DNA from: Kiritimatiellia bacterium
GTDB lineage: Bacteria; Verrucomicrobiota; Kiritimatiellia; WLWN01
DNA: 64,000 nucleotides
Direction of reading: 5' to 3'
NCBI GenBank assembly: GCA_012103575.1
Contig: WLWN01000001.1
Span: 1,676,538-1,740,537 of the forward strand
The notes under the pieces were generated by a model. The model had not been told where the DNA came from. It did not search any database and saw only the letters and a program-made list of their open reading frames with translations. The position numbers and the translations under genes are program-made. Of this stretch, positions 1 through 10,010 are shown in pieces; the first letter of the stretch is position 1; every line of letters starts with the position of its first letter.

Positions 1-103
1 TTTACTTCGGACCTTCACGCTTTGGCCGACTGGCTCGAACAGTGTCGGGTCAAAACCGTAGCCATGAAAGCGACCGGTGTTTACTGGATTGCTCTTTTCC
101 AGA
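1..103 (+). mobile_element. Fragment of a second IS110-family transposase gene, cut off by the IS30 insertion at 104
   Basis: The ORF starting at 22 translates to RVKTVAMKATGVYWIALFQ, which resembles the KSVAMESTGIYWIPLYE region of the IS110-family transposase at 39909-41288. Homology stops at the IS30 end. Confidence 0.4.
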
Positions 104-1170
104 TCTGCAGACTCAACTTACAAGTGCAAAACCGAAGCTGTCCATCATTTCTTTGGGCGTTCTATATTCTAAGCATTTTCTCGGTCTATTATTCAGTAAC
201 TCCACAGCCCAGCTCAACTGAGCGGAGCTGTGGGCAGCAAAGTCGGTTTTCTTCGGGAAAAACTGGCGAAGCAAACCATTCGTATTTTCGTTGGTCCCTC
301 TTTGCCAAGGGTTTCTCCCTTCAGCAAAGAAAATGGGGGTTGCTATTTTTTTCTGTAGTTTAGCATGGCTGGCAAACTCCATGCCATTATCTACAGTCAC
401 CGTTTTACAGGGGAGCCCTGAATCAGCGAACTGAGGTACGGAACGGTTGACCGATTCGGCATTGCATCGAGGTAAAAGATCGGCGATGAGATATCGAGTC
501 GCTCGATCTACTAGAGTGACTACACAGGCCTCTTTTCTCGTTTGGCCCTGAATAGTGTCACCTTCCCAATGGCCTGCCACCTTGCGACTTTCACCCTCTT
601 CGGGGCGTTGGTCAATCATCGTTTGGTTGTGTATACGTGAATGGCTTTTCCGAGTCGCTCGTTTTTTCTTTCCGGGGCCACGCAGGTATTTTCGGTAGCC
701 AGCCCCTCTTGGACTGTACAAGTAGCGGTAGATCGTCATTCGACTGATGGGAGGGTCACCTTCTAGCTTTCTTCGACCTTCAATCTGTTCTGGAGACCAA
801 TACTTCGCCAGGAGAGTCTCCACTTGTTCTTTGCTAGCTCCCATCACTTTTTGAGGCTTTCGAGCTAGCTGTAATCGGCTTTGAGCCAGGCCATTTGCGG
901 GTCTTGGGTAATAGCGGCCACGGACTCGATTACGGCGAAATTCGCGCCAAATAGTCGAGGGGGATCGGCCCAGGCGACGGCCAATTTGAGATAAGCTATA
1001 TTTTTCTTTTAGCATCTGGGCTATCACTTCTCGTTCATAACGGTTTAAATGTTCGTAGGTTCGTGGCATTCTATGTTCTCCTTTGGGGGGGGGTCAGATA
1101 CCCAAAGAATGAACTATGCTGCGGACCTTTGCACTTGTATTGTTACTCTACCCCTTTTCTGCACCTAATG
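104..1170 (-). mobile_element. IS30-family insertion sequence, type A, copy 1
   Basis: Near-identical to 15137-16196. The ends carry the inverted repeats tacaagtgcaaa and tttgcacttgta. It encodes a 318-aa DDE transposase. Confidence 0.8.
113..1069 (-). CDS. IS30-family transposase
   Basis: 318-aa ORF with an N-terminal HTH and a DDE region containing HWEGD and DNGMEF motifs. A second copy lies at 15225-16100. Confidence 0.9.
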   Translation of the reverse strand: MPRTYEHLNRYEREVIAQMLKEKYSLSQIGRRLGRSPSTIWREFRRNRVRGRYYPRPANGLAQSRLQLARKPQKVMGASKEQVETLLAKYWSPEQIEGRRKLEGDPPISRMTIYRYLYSPRGAGYRKYLRGPGKKKRATRKSHSRIHNQTMIDQRPEEGESRKVAGHWEGDTIQGQTRKEACVVTLVDRATRYLIADLLPRCNAESVNRSVPQFADSGLPCKTVTVDNGMEFASHAKLQKKIATPIFFAEGRNPWQRGTNENTNGLLRQFFPKKTDFAAHSSAQLSWAVELLNNRPRKCLEYRTPKEMMDSFGFALVS

Positions 1171-2447
1171 CAAGTGCAGGTGTCAGGATCGAAGGGCGTG
1201 ATTCAACCATTGGGGGGTCTAACGCCCTTGACAGAAATATCATATCAAGAAACCTCTATGGCATTCATCTTACGAATGTAAGTGCTACTGGTAATACGAT
1301 TATTGGAAATTATATCGGTACAGATTCTTCTGGGACGATCGTTATGGGGAATACGAGCAAAGGGATATTTCTCGAAAATGGGGCCCATGGGAATACAGTG
1401 GGTGCTGATACTTTGGCTGCGGGAAATGTGATTGGAGGAAGTTTTGTAGGCGTCGAAATTTTGGCAGGCAGTGGTAATAATAAAGTGTTGGGTAATCAGA
1501 TCGGCTCAACTTTAGGGGGTCGAACTATTCCTAACATAACAGGCGTTTTTATAAGTGGATCGTCAAGTAATGTTGTAGGAGGATTAACCCGCGAGGAAGG
1601 TAATTTGATCGTTCAGAATACTTTTCTTGGAGTAAATATTACAACGGGAGATGACAATGGAATAGTAGGGAATGTGATCTATGACAATCCATCGGGTTCT
1701 ATCTCTTTATCATCTGGAGGCAATGAATCACAGGTTGCCCCAGTCATCACGAATGCTATAAACGATGGAACGAATACAATTGTGACTGGGACATTTGATG
1801 CAAGCTTACAGACGACCTATCGCTTGGAGTTTTTTGCCAACAGTTCTTGTTCCGGCGGCGGAGAGGCGGAGAGATTTCTTGGAGCTGAAATTCATTCTGG
1901 TGGCTTTTTCTCAAGGGTAACAAATTTCAGCGCAGTATTACCGCTTGTTCCTGCCGGTGACTGGGTCTCAGCAATAGCCACTAAAACAAGTTCAGGATTT
2001 TTCATTCAAGTAAGCCATAATGACACTTCGGAAATCTCTCTCTGTGTTCCTATAGCATTATTAGACGATGCCGATATGGACGGGGTTCCTGATCAGTGGG
2101 AGGTCGCTCATGGTTCCGATACGAACATCAATGATTCAGGGGATGATCTGGATGGGGATTCGTTCACTACATATGAAGAATATGTATGGGATACCGTTGC
2201 AAATAATTCGAATAGTTTCCCACAGATCACTTCGGTTTCCAATACTTCCGACGATGTTATGGTCTCTTTTCCTTCTTCTTCAAACCGTTTCTTCAAACTA
2301 CAAGCCAACGAGAATTTAACGGATACAAACGGCTGGCAATCCTTAAGCATTAACGCCGTGCAGGAGATTGGCGGTACGCAGACGATTGATGATCCAGATG
2401 CTGATTCCTTTGGTCAACGGTCTTACCGGATAACAGGAGGGTTTTAG
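1116..2447 (+). pseudogene. Right-handed parallel beta-helix repeat protein, 5'-truncated; its first 18 codons come from the IS30 terminus
   Basis: The ATG and the MLRTFALVLLLY start lie inside the IS30 right end (1116-1170). The body carries GN.IG beta-helix repeats and C-terminal DxDxDG-type calcium-binding motifs. The paralog at 2658 has about 300 extra N-terminal residues and a signal peptide. Confidence 0.5.
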
Positions 2448-2657
2448 GAGACGAAGAGTCAAAGGTCTGAAGGTCGAAGGTTGGGAAAAGAGTGTGTTAG
2501 AAACCGGTTTTTTGGTTAGGATATGGAATGCGGTAGCTGGCTACCGCTTTTCTTCCACGCAGAAAGTTGCGTGGTCGTGTCTTCGACTTTTCCGCCGCGA
2601 CGGATCAGCCTATGGCTAAAGACTTTTGACTTTTAGACCTTAGACTCTTTTAAAAAA

Positions 2658-4941
2658 ATGAAACGAATACGAATAATCTTTAGTTTTGTTTGGATGATGG
2701 GAATGAGTACTTGGGTTGCGCAAGGGATAACCGGAACCGTTGCGAATACGAGTGACAGTGGTGTGGGGTCATTCCGAGATGCCATTCAGCAGATCAATGC
2801 GAGTAGTGATGCCTCTAATGTGACCAACTTCGACATTCCAGGGGCTACACCCCATGTCATTTTTCAAACCAGTATTGATGGATGGCCAGCGATTACAAAT
2901 CAAGTGCTTATTGATGGATATAGTGAACCGGATTATGCCAGATCTCCGGTGGTTGTGCTGCAATACCTTCCTGGTGCTGGCGAAGAAGGGTTGAAGATAC
3001 AAGGAAACGGCAGTATTGTGCAAGGGTTACAGATTGCTGACTTTGAAGATTCTTTTGTTTGTTGCGGGATTTCCCTTAATGCTGATAACTGTGTCGTAGA
3101 GGGATGTCATATTTTCAGCAACGGAACAGGTATCTCTGTTCTTGGCAATGTCAATGTTATAGGTGGCACGAACGGAAATATCGTTTCTGGAAATCCAAAT
3201 ACGGGTATAGAGCTAATTTCTAGTTCAAATGATGTTTTGGGGAACTATATTGGAACAGATATAACAGGGACTACTAGTGGGGGCAGCCAAGCCGCAGGTA
3301 TAGGATTATCTAGTCTATCATCGCATAACACCATTGGAGGAACGTCTGAGTGGATGCGCAATATTATTTCGGGGAATAGTATAGGTATTAGAGCATAGCA
3401 GGTTCTAACCATCTTGTCTGCGGTAATTACATCGGAACCGATAAAGATGGATTAACGGCGGTCCCGAACACCCAGGGAATAGGTATCTTTTCTCCTAGTC
3501 ATGTCATCGGACCAGAAGATGTGATCGGCGGAAATGTAGAAGAGGGAATTTTAATAAGTAACACGGGGCCTAATAATAAAATTATTGGCAATCAAATTGG
3601 AATTCACACAGTGACGGGGACTACCTTTTCGATTTCTAATCTAGGTAACGGAATCCAAATGGAAAGTAGTGGGAATGTTGTGGGCGGGTCTAACACCGTA
3701 GACCGAAATTTTATCGGTGGGAACATAGGCTTTGGAGTCTATATGCTGGAAAGCAACGCCTTCAATAATGCCGTGATCGGCAATTATATTGGAACGGGTA
3801 TATCTGAAGCGAAAGGCTTTGGACATAGCTTCGGAATACGGATTGTGTCCTCTGCAAATAATAATCAGATAGGGGGACCCAATGTTGCTGAAGGGAATCT
3901 AATCGTAGGCAGTACATCTGTAGGGGTGGCCATTACGAGCTCCAGTTCGAACAGGGTTACGGGAAATCGCATTGGGCGGTCATTGGCAGGAAACACGATT
4001 CCAAATCAAGTAGGTGTATTTATCGAAGGTTCGAGTAGCAACAATACGGTCGGCGGGACTAATTAGTGGAGAAGGGAATCTGATAGCCGGAAATGATACA
4101 GAGGGGGTCTTCATCCAAGGAAGTTCTTCTATTGACAATGGAGTGTTGGGAAATTTGATATATGACAATGATGGTGCTGGAATGGGCTCTGACTCAATCA
4201 GCTTGGCAAGCGGTGCGAATGAGTCACAAACGAATCCTGTTATTACGAGCGTCATTAATAACGGGTTTAATACGCTTGCAAGTGAGACATTGGATGCGAG
4301 CTCGCTGACGACCTATCGCTTGGAATTCTTTGCCAACAGTTCTCCTTGTTTGATTGGTACGGGAGAGGGCGAGAGGTTTCTTGGGACCGAAAATTTAGAT
4401 AGTTTTTTTGGTAACAGTTTTTCTGTAACTTTACCACATGTTCCTGAAGGCGGTTTTGTTTCCGCAACAGCAACCAAAATAAGTTCAGGCATTTTCTTTC
4501 CGGAGAGTCATAATGACACTTCAGAAATGTCACCTTGTGTGCCCGTAGTCTTATTTAGTGATGGCGATAACGACGGCATTCCAGATCAGTGGTAGAATGC
4601 TAGTGGCGCTAATTCAAGTCTCGATGATTCAGGGATTGATACAGATGGCGATTCATTTACTACCTATGAAGAATATGTATGGGATACAGATGCAGGTGAT
4701 GTGAATAGTTTTCCACAGATTACATCGGTTTCTAACGGACCTGGAAACGTCATGGTTTCTTTCCCTTCCTCTTCAACCCGTTTCTTCCAATTAGAAGCCA
4801 ATACAAGTCTAACCAATGCAAACGGGGTGGCATCCATTGACCATTCAAGCTGTGCAGGGAATTGACGGTACGCAGACGCTTTCTGACCCCGATACGGGTT
4901 CATTCGATCAACGGTTTCATCGGGTTCAGGGAGGGTTCTAG
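2658..4941 (+). pseudogene. Tandem paralog of the beta-helix repeat protein, carrying a signal peptide and multiple frameshifts plus an in-frame TAG
   Basis: Reading continuity passes through the ORFs 2658-3398, 3521-4066 and 4014-4595 and the downstream frame. Frameshifts sit near 3395 and 4060. At 4593-4595 the sequence reads DQW*, where copy 1 has DQWE. The C-terminus is colinear with copy 1. Confidence 0.6.
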
Positions 4942-5071
4942 AAGACCAAGACTCAAAGGTCTGAAGGTCGAAAGTCGAAGGAGAGGAAGGAGATGTTAAG
5001 AATGTGTCGGCACCATCTTTTCTTCGATTTTTGACTCTTGACTTTTGGCTTTTGACCTTAGACTCTTGGTC

Positions 5072-6151
5072 ATGCCTCAACAAATAACAGTCGATTTAGG
5101 TGAACGTTCTTATCGCATTCATATTGCTTCCGGACTGTTGAACCAACTGGGTAACTTGTGCATTGAGCAGTCATTCGGTCAACGGTGTATGATTGTATCT
5201 GACTCCAATGTAGATACGCATTATGGTGATTCGTGTGAATATTATTTAAAGAAGGCTGGTTTCTTGCCATGTCGAGTCGTTGTTCCCGCGGGTGAAAAGT
5301 CTAAAAGTTTACAGGAATTATCGACTATTTATGATATCGCGATAGACCATCAACTAGACCGTTCCTCCTTCATTGTTGCATTAGGAGGCGGTGTGGTTGG
5401 TGATTTAGCGGGTTATGCAGCAGCGAGTTTTCTTCGAGGTATACCCTGTGTTCAAATGCCTACCAGTTTATTAGCGATGGTGGATAGTGCGGTAGGAGGT
5501 AAAACCGGGGTGAACCTTCCGCAAGGGAAGAATCTGATTGGTGCGTTTCATCAACCGACATTTGTTTTGGCGGATCTTAATACCCTCAAAACGTTGCCCA
5601 AAAGGGAATATATGTCGGGAATGGCTGAAATCATTAAATATGGTGTGATTCGAGATCTGAGTTTGTTTCAGACTTTAGAAAATCAGACCGCCGAGCTACT
5701 TCAAGTTGTCCCTGAAGTTTTGGAACCGATTATTGCCCGGTCCTGTCAAATCAAAGCTGAAGTTGTTCAGCTCGATGAACGTGAAGGGGGGCTCCGATCG
5801 ATCTTGAATTTTGGGCATACGGTTGGACATGCCATTGAACAAGCTTCAGGCTATAAACGATATCTTCATGGAGAAGCCATTGCTTTGGGTATGGTTTTTG
5901 CGGCAAAGCTGTCTGTCCACCAAAAAGAATTTCCGTCAATCGCATGCGATCACCTTGTTGCATTGCTCGAATCGTTCAATTTACCTATCAAAGTGTCTGA
6001 TTTGGCGTGGGCTGACTTACGGAAAGCGATTGGCGCGGACAAAAAAACAGTCAATGCGACCCCTTACTTTGTTCTGGCCGAAGAGATGGGTAAGGTCGCT
6101 TATGGCTGCGAGGTGGCTGAAGACGTTCTTGAGCAAGCTTGGTCATCATAA
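5072..6151 (+). CDS. aroB: 3-dehydroquinate synthase
   Basis: MPQQITVDLGERSYRIHIASGLL is followed by the nucleotide-binding GGGVVGDLAGY motif and metal-binding His residues, a typical AroB signature. The ATG at 5072 is preferred over the TTG at 5045. Confidence 0.85.
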   Translation: MPQQITVDLGERSYRIHIASGLLNQLGNLCIEQSFGQRCMIVSDSNVDTHYGDSCEYYLKKAGFLPCRVVVPAGEKSKSLQELSTIYDIAIDHQLDRSSFIVALGGGVVGDLAGYAAASFLRGIPCVQMPTSLLAMVDSAVGGKTGVNLPQGKNLIGAFHQPTFVLADLNTLKTLPKREYMSGMAEIIKYGVIRDLSLFQTLENQTAELLQVVPEVLEPIIARSCQIKAEVVQLDEREGGLRSILNFGHTVGHAIEQASGYKRYLHGEAIALGMVFAAKLSVHQKEFPSIACDHLVALLESFNLPIKVSDLAWADLRKAIGADKKTVNATPYFVLAEEMGKVAYGCEVAEDVLEQAWSS

Positions 6152-6173
6152 AGAACAAAGAATTTGAAAAAAA

Positions 6174-7308
6174 ATGACTAAACAGGAAGCATATATTGCG
6201 TTAAACATGATCGAAGGACTCGACCCTGTACGTGTGAGATCTTTGATCGAGACGTTGGGCGCTGCTGAAGCAATCTTTGATGCAACACCCGATGAATTGA
6301 TGAAAGCGCATGGCGTAGGTATTGAGCTTTCTCGTACGATTACAGAAAGACGAGCTGAAATTGATCCACTTGATGAGATTAAAAAAGCGAAAAAGTGGGG
6401 TGCCCGGATCATAACATTATTTGATGATGAATATCCTGAGCTCTTAAAAACAATATATGATCCACCCCTTGCTCTTTATGTTAAGGGAACCCTTGAAAAG
6501 GAAGATCGCCGTTCTATCGCGATTGTGGGCTCGCGAAGAAGTACGCATTATGGGCAACAAGGTCGCTGATCGCATTGCCTATCAGCTTGCTCAGACGGGG
6601 TTTACAGTGGTGAGCGGATTAGCTCGAGGTATTGATACGGCAGGACATCGAGGCACTTTAAAAGGGAAAGGACGGACATTCGCTGTGTTGGGTAGCGCAT
6701 TGGACTGTTTGTATCCGGCTGAAAATGCTGAGTTAGCAGATCAAATTGCTAAGCACGGTGCTGTCATCTCTGAATATCCGTTGGGAAGAGAGCCCGATCG
6801 AACGACTTTCCCATATCGGAACCGTATCGTAAGTGGATTGTCGATGGGTGTCCTTGTCGTAGAAGCGCCATTTAAAAGTGGAGCGTTGATCACAGCCGAC
6901 ATGGCTTTAGAGCAAGGACGAAGTGTTTTCGCTGTCCCCGGACGCATTGACACGCCTTCATCACGCGGAACTCATCGATTAATTAAAAATGGAGCTCGAC
7001 TTGTTGATGATATAGAAGACATTATCCACGAGTTTGAGTTTTTGATCACCGAAGAGGCCCAAGCGTCCTGTTCAGAGTCTCTCTCTATTAAGTTTACAGA
7101 AGATGAGGAGGCGATTATTGAGGTCCTCTGTGAGGGTGAATGTGATGTGGATACATTAGCGCAACGCACTCAGCTGAATGTATCTAAAATCAGTTCATTG
7201 TTAATTGGGCTTGAAATGAAACGAATTATCCGGATGCTACCGGGTCGGATAGTAGCTTTAGCGATGGATATAAAGTTAGAAAGATTATCAGATGGAGCGA
7301 GTCATTAG
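6174..7308 (+). pseudogene. dprA: DNA-processing protein DprA (Smf) with a +1 frameshift near 6557
   Basis: The ORFs 6174-6569 and 6457-7308 are both DprA-like. The sequence reads ...IAIVGSRRSTHYGQQ and then continues in another frame as VADRIAYQLAQTGFTVVSGLARGIDTAGH. One extra G occurs in caacaaGgtcgct. Confidence 0.7.
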
Positions 7309-7430
7309 TTATCCCGATGCGCTAACGCGGTCGGGATGTCATTAGGTCATTGGCCTCGCTTTGCGAGGCGCCATTTACCGTACAAAAGATCAATGACAAA
7401 AAATGACATACTCCGAAGGAGAATATAGGT

Positions 7431-10004
7431 ATGGGAAAAAATCTTGTTATTGTAGAATCGCCGGCCAAGGCAAAGACTATTAATAAAATCTTGGGAAAGG
7501 ATTTTATTGTAAAAGCGTCTATGGGCCATGTTCGTGATTTGCCTCAAAAGAAGCTCGGGGTAGATATTGAGAACGATTTTACACCGGAATATGTCACCCT
7601 TAAAGGCCGTCAGAAAATCGTTCAAGAACTGACCCAAGCCGCGAAAGGTGTGGATGGAGTCTATCTCGCTCCTGATCCTGACCGAGAAGGAGAAGCGATT
7701 GCTTGGCATCTTGTAGAGGCTTTAAAGAAAAAACTTTCACCCGATCAATTCTTTCGGGTTACGTATAATGAAATTACCGCACCGGCCATTCGACATGCTT
7801 TTTCAAATCCTTCTGAAATTGACAATAAAAAAGTCGATGCACAACAAGCTAGACGAGTCTTGGACCGAATCGTAGGCTATAAGGTCAGCCCGCTTTTATG
7901 GCGACGTATCAAGGGAGGGTCAAGCGCCGGGCGGGTTCAATCTGTGGCTTTACGGTTGGTGTGCGAGCGAGAGCAAGAGATCGAGAGCTTTGTGCCTAAA
8001 GAATACTGGTTACTAGGCGCGAACACCTGCAAACAAGTAGACCATCGGGATCCTTTTGAAATTCGGTTAGTAAAGATTGATGGGGAAAACCCTGAGATCG
8101 GTAGCGCTGAACAGGCTGAACACATAGAAAAAGACCTCGAAGGACGCACCCTTAAAGTCTCCGAGATTAAGTTACGTGAAATTTCCAAAAAAGCACGAGC
8201 CCCTTATATTACCAGTACCTTGCAACAGGCGGCTTCAACCCTGTTAGGATATAATCCTTCTCGGACCATGAGCATTGCTCAACGGCTCTATGAAGGATTG
8301 GATGGGGTGGGTTTAATAACGTATATGCGAACGGACTCGGTTTCGATTGCAAAAGAAGCGCAAGGGGCCTGTTTAAAGTTTGTGGAAGAAACATTTGGCA
8401 ACGAGTATGTTCCCGGGAAACCCAATTTTTTCAAAAGTAAGTCCAGCGCCCAAGAAGCTCACGAAGCGATTCGACCTACGGATGTAGGGCGCACGCCTGA
8501 AGCATTAAAGTCGGTGTTACAACCTGAGGAACTTAAGTTATACAAAATTATTTGGGAACGTTTTGTGGCAAGTCAAATGGCACCGGCCCGCATTGCTCAA
8601 CGATCCGTAGATATTGATGCCATTTCCACAGAAGAAAAGAAGGACAAAACCTCTTACCTGTTCAGGGTTTCAACATCAGATATTTTGTTTCCCGGGTATA
8701 TGAAAGTTGCAGGGGTTGAAAAAAGTAAAAGTAAAAAATCCGAAGATGGAAACATCGATGAAGAGGGGCATCAAACCGACAAAATCCCTCCTCTTACGGA
8801 AGGAGAGACGCTCGATTGCCTTGAATGGCTAAAAGAGCAAAAATTCACTCAACCGCCGCCACGATATACGGAGGCCTCATTGGTTCGGACCCTCGAAGAA
8901 AACAGGGTAGGACGACCCAGTACGTATGCCCAGACCATCGCGACATTGAACCAAAGAGAATATGTCGAGCGAGAAAAAAGAGCGTTAAAACCCACTGAAT
9001 CGGGCAAACAGGTTAACGAGTTTTTAGTAAAAAATCTTGATGCATTATTTAATGTTGGTTTTACCGCAGGGATGGAAGAAGCCCTGGACGGGATTGAAAA
9101 GGGGACGATCAATTGGACTCAGATGTTGAAAGACTTTTATGCTGATTTTTCGGGATGGGTAGATAAAGCGAAAGGCCTTCCAGCGGATCCTGAGACCGTC
9201 CAAAAAATCTTGACGATATCGGAAGAGATTAAAGAATGGTCGCCTCCTACAAAACGAGGGAAACGGACCTATAGCGATGAAACGTTTGCTCAGTCGATCG
9301 AAAAACGATTGAAAGAAGAAAAAGAAATTTCTATGCGTCAGCTGGATGCGTTGAAGAAAATGATATGTCAGTACAAAGGCCAATTGCCCGAACTAGAACA
9401 ACGGGCTGAAGAATTAGGTATCACCGAAGAGTTAAGAGAAGCCAGTATTCCAAAAGACCCCCCCCGCGACGAAACCGTAAGAAAGTTAGATCTACTCAAG
9501 GATATCCATTTTGCGGAACCGAAAAAAGTCGGCAAAAGGACCTATGACGACAAAGCTTTTTCTGAGTCTTTAAGACAACAAGTAGAATCAGGGAAACGTT
9601 TATCGGTGAATCAGATTCGATACCTCGATCAATTATTTATGAAATATGCGGGTCAGATTGAAAACTTTGAGACGGTATCCAAAGAGCTTTGCTTGAATAC
9701 TGAGCCAGCGGAAGAAGATAAAAAAAATGGACCCGTTCTTGATCTTTTTAATTATGTGGAAAAATGGTTTCCTCCTCTTCAGCGAGGGAAACGAACATGG
9801 GATGATAAAGAATTCTTCGAATCACTTAAGCAACAGTTTAAGGCTAAAAAAACATTAAGCCCTCGACAGTTATCGGCCTTGAGAAAAATGGCAAAACGGT
9901 ATGCGGATCAAATCCCTAATTTTGATGAAATTCGGGAACAGTACGGATTGCCTGAACGAGGCAAGCCAAAAGAGAAAAAACCTGAAGAGACGAAAGCTGA
10001 ATAA
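7431..10004 (+). CDS. topA: DNA topoisomerase I with a triplicated C-terminal module
   Basis: There is a Toprim N-terminus (LVIVESPAKAKTI) and a topo IA core with the RPSTYA active-site tyrosine region. The C-terminal 250 aa consist of three repeats of a KRGKRTY.D..F..S...LS..Q...L.KM...Y..QI.NF module. Confidence 0.9.
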   Translation: MGKNLVIVESPAKAKTINKILGKDFIVKASMGHVRDLPQKKLGVDIENDFTPEYVTLKGRQKIVQELTQAAKGVDGVYLAPDPDREGEAIAWHLVEALKKKLSPDQFFRVTYNEITAPAIRHAFSNPSEIDNKKVDAQQARRVLDRIVGYKVSPLLWRRIKGGSSAGRVQSVALRLVCEREQEIESFVPKEYWLLGANTCKQVDHRDPFEIRLVKIDGENPEIGSAEQAEHIEKDLEGRTLKVSEIKLREISKKARAPYITSTLQQAASTLLGYNPSRTMSIAQRLYEGLDGVGLITYMRTDSVSIAKEAQGACLKFVEETFGNEYVPGKPNFFKSKSSAQEAHEAIRPTDVGRTPEALKSVLQPEELKLYKIIWERFVASQMAPARIAQRSVDIDAISTEEKKDKTSYLFRVSTSDILFPGYMKVAGVEKSKSKKSEDGNIDEEGHQTDKIPPLTEGETLDCLEWLKEQKFTQPPPRYTEASLVRTLEENRVGRPSTYAQTIATLNQREYVEREKRALKPTESGKQVNEFLVKNLDALFNVGFTAGMEEALDGIEKGTINWTQMLKDFYADFSGWVDKAKGLPADPETVQKILTISEEIKEWSPPTKRGKRTYSDETFAQSIEKRLKEEKEISMRQLDALKKMICQYKGQLPELEQRAEELGITEELREASIPKDPPRDETVRKLDLLKDIHFAEPKKVGKRTYDDKAFSESLRQQVESGKRLSVNQIRYLDQLFMKYAGQIENFETVSKELCLNTEPAEEDKKNGPVLDLFNYVEKWFPPLQRGKRTWDDKEFFESLKQQFKAKKTLSPRQLSALRKMAKRYADQIPNFDEIREQYGLPERGKPKEKKPEETKAE

Positions 10005-10010
10005 GTTACA

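Noticed and set aside
22-363. 113-aa ORF (and similar ORFs at 15080-15394 and 15108-15389) as protein-coding genes
   Set aside because: They lie antisense to, or overlap, the IS30 transposase gene and span the IS boundary. The first part is an IS110-like fragment and the rest is out-of-frame IS30 sequence.
2068-2350. Short ORFs overlapping the beta-helix gene on both strands (2068-2319 +, 2108-2350 -)
   Set aside because: They are embedded in a longer, well-supported reading frame and have no independent features.
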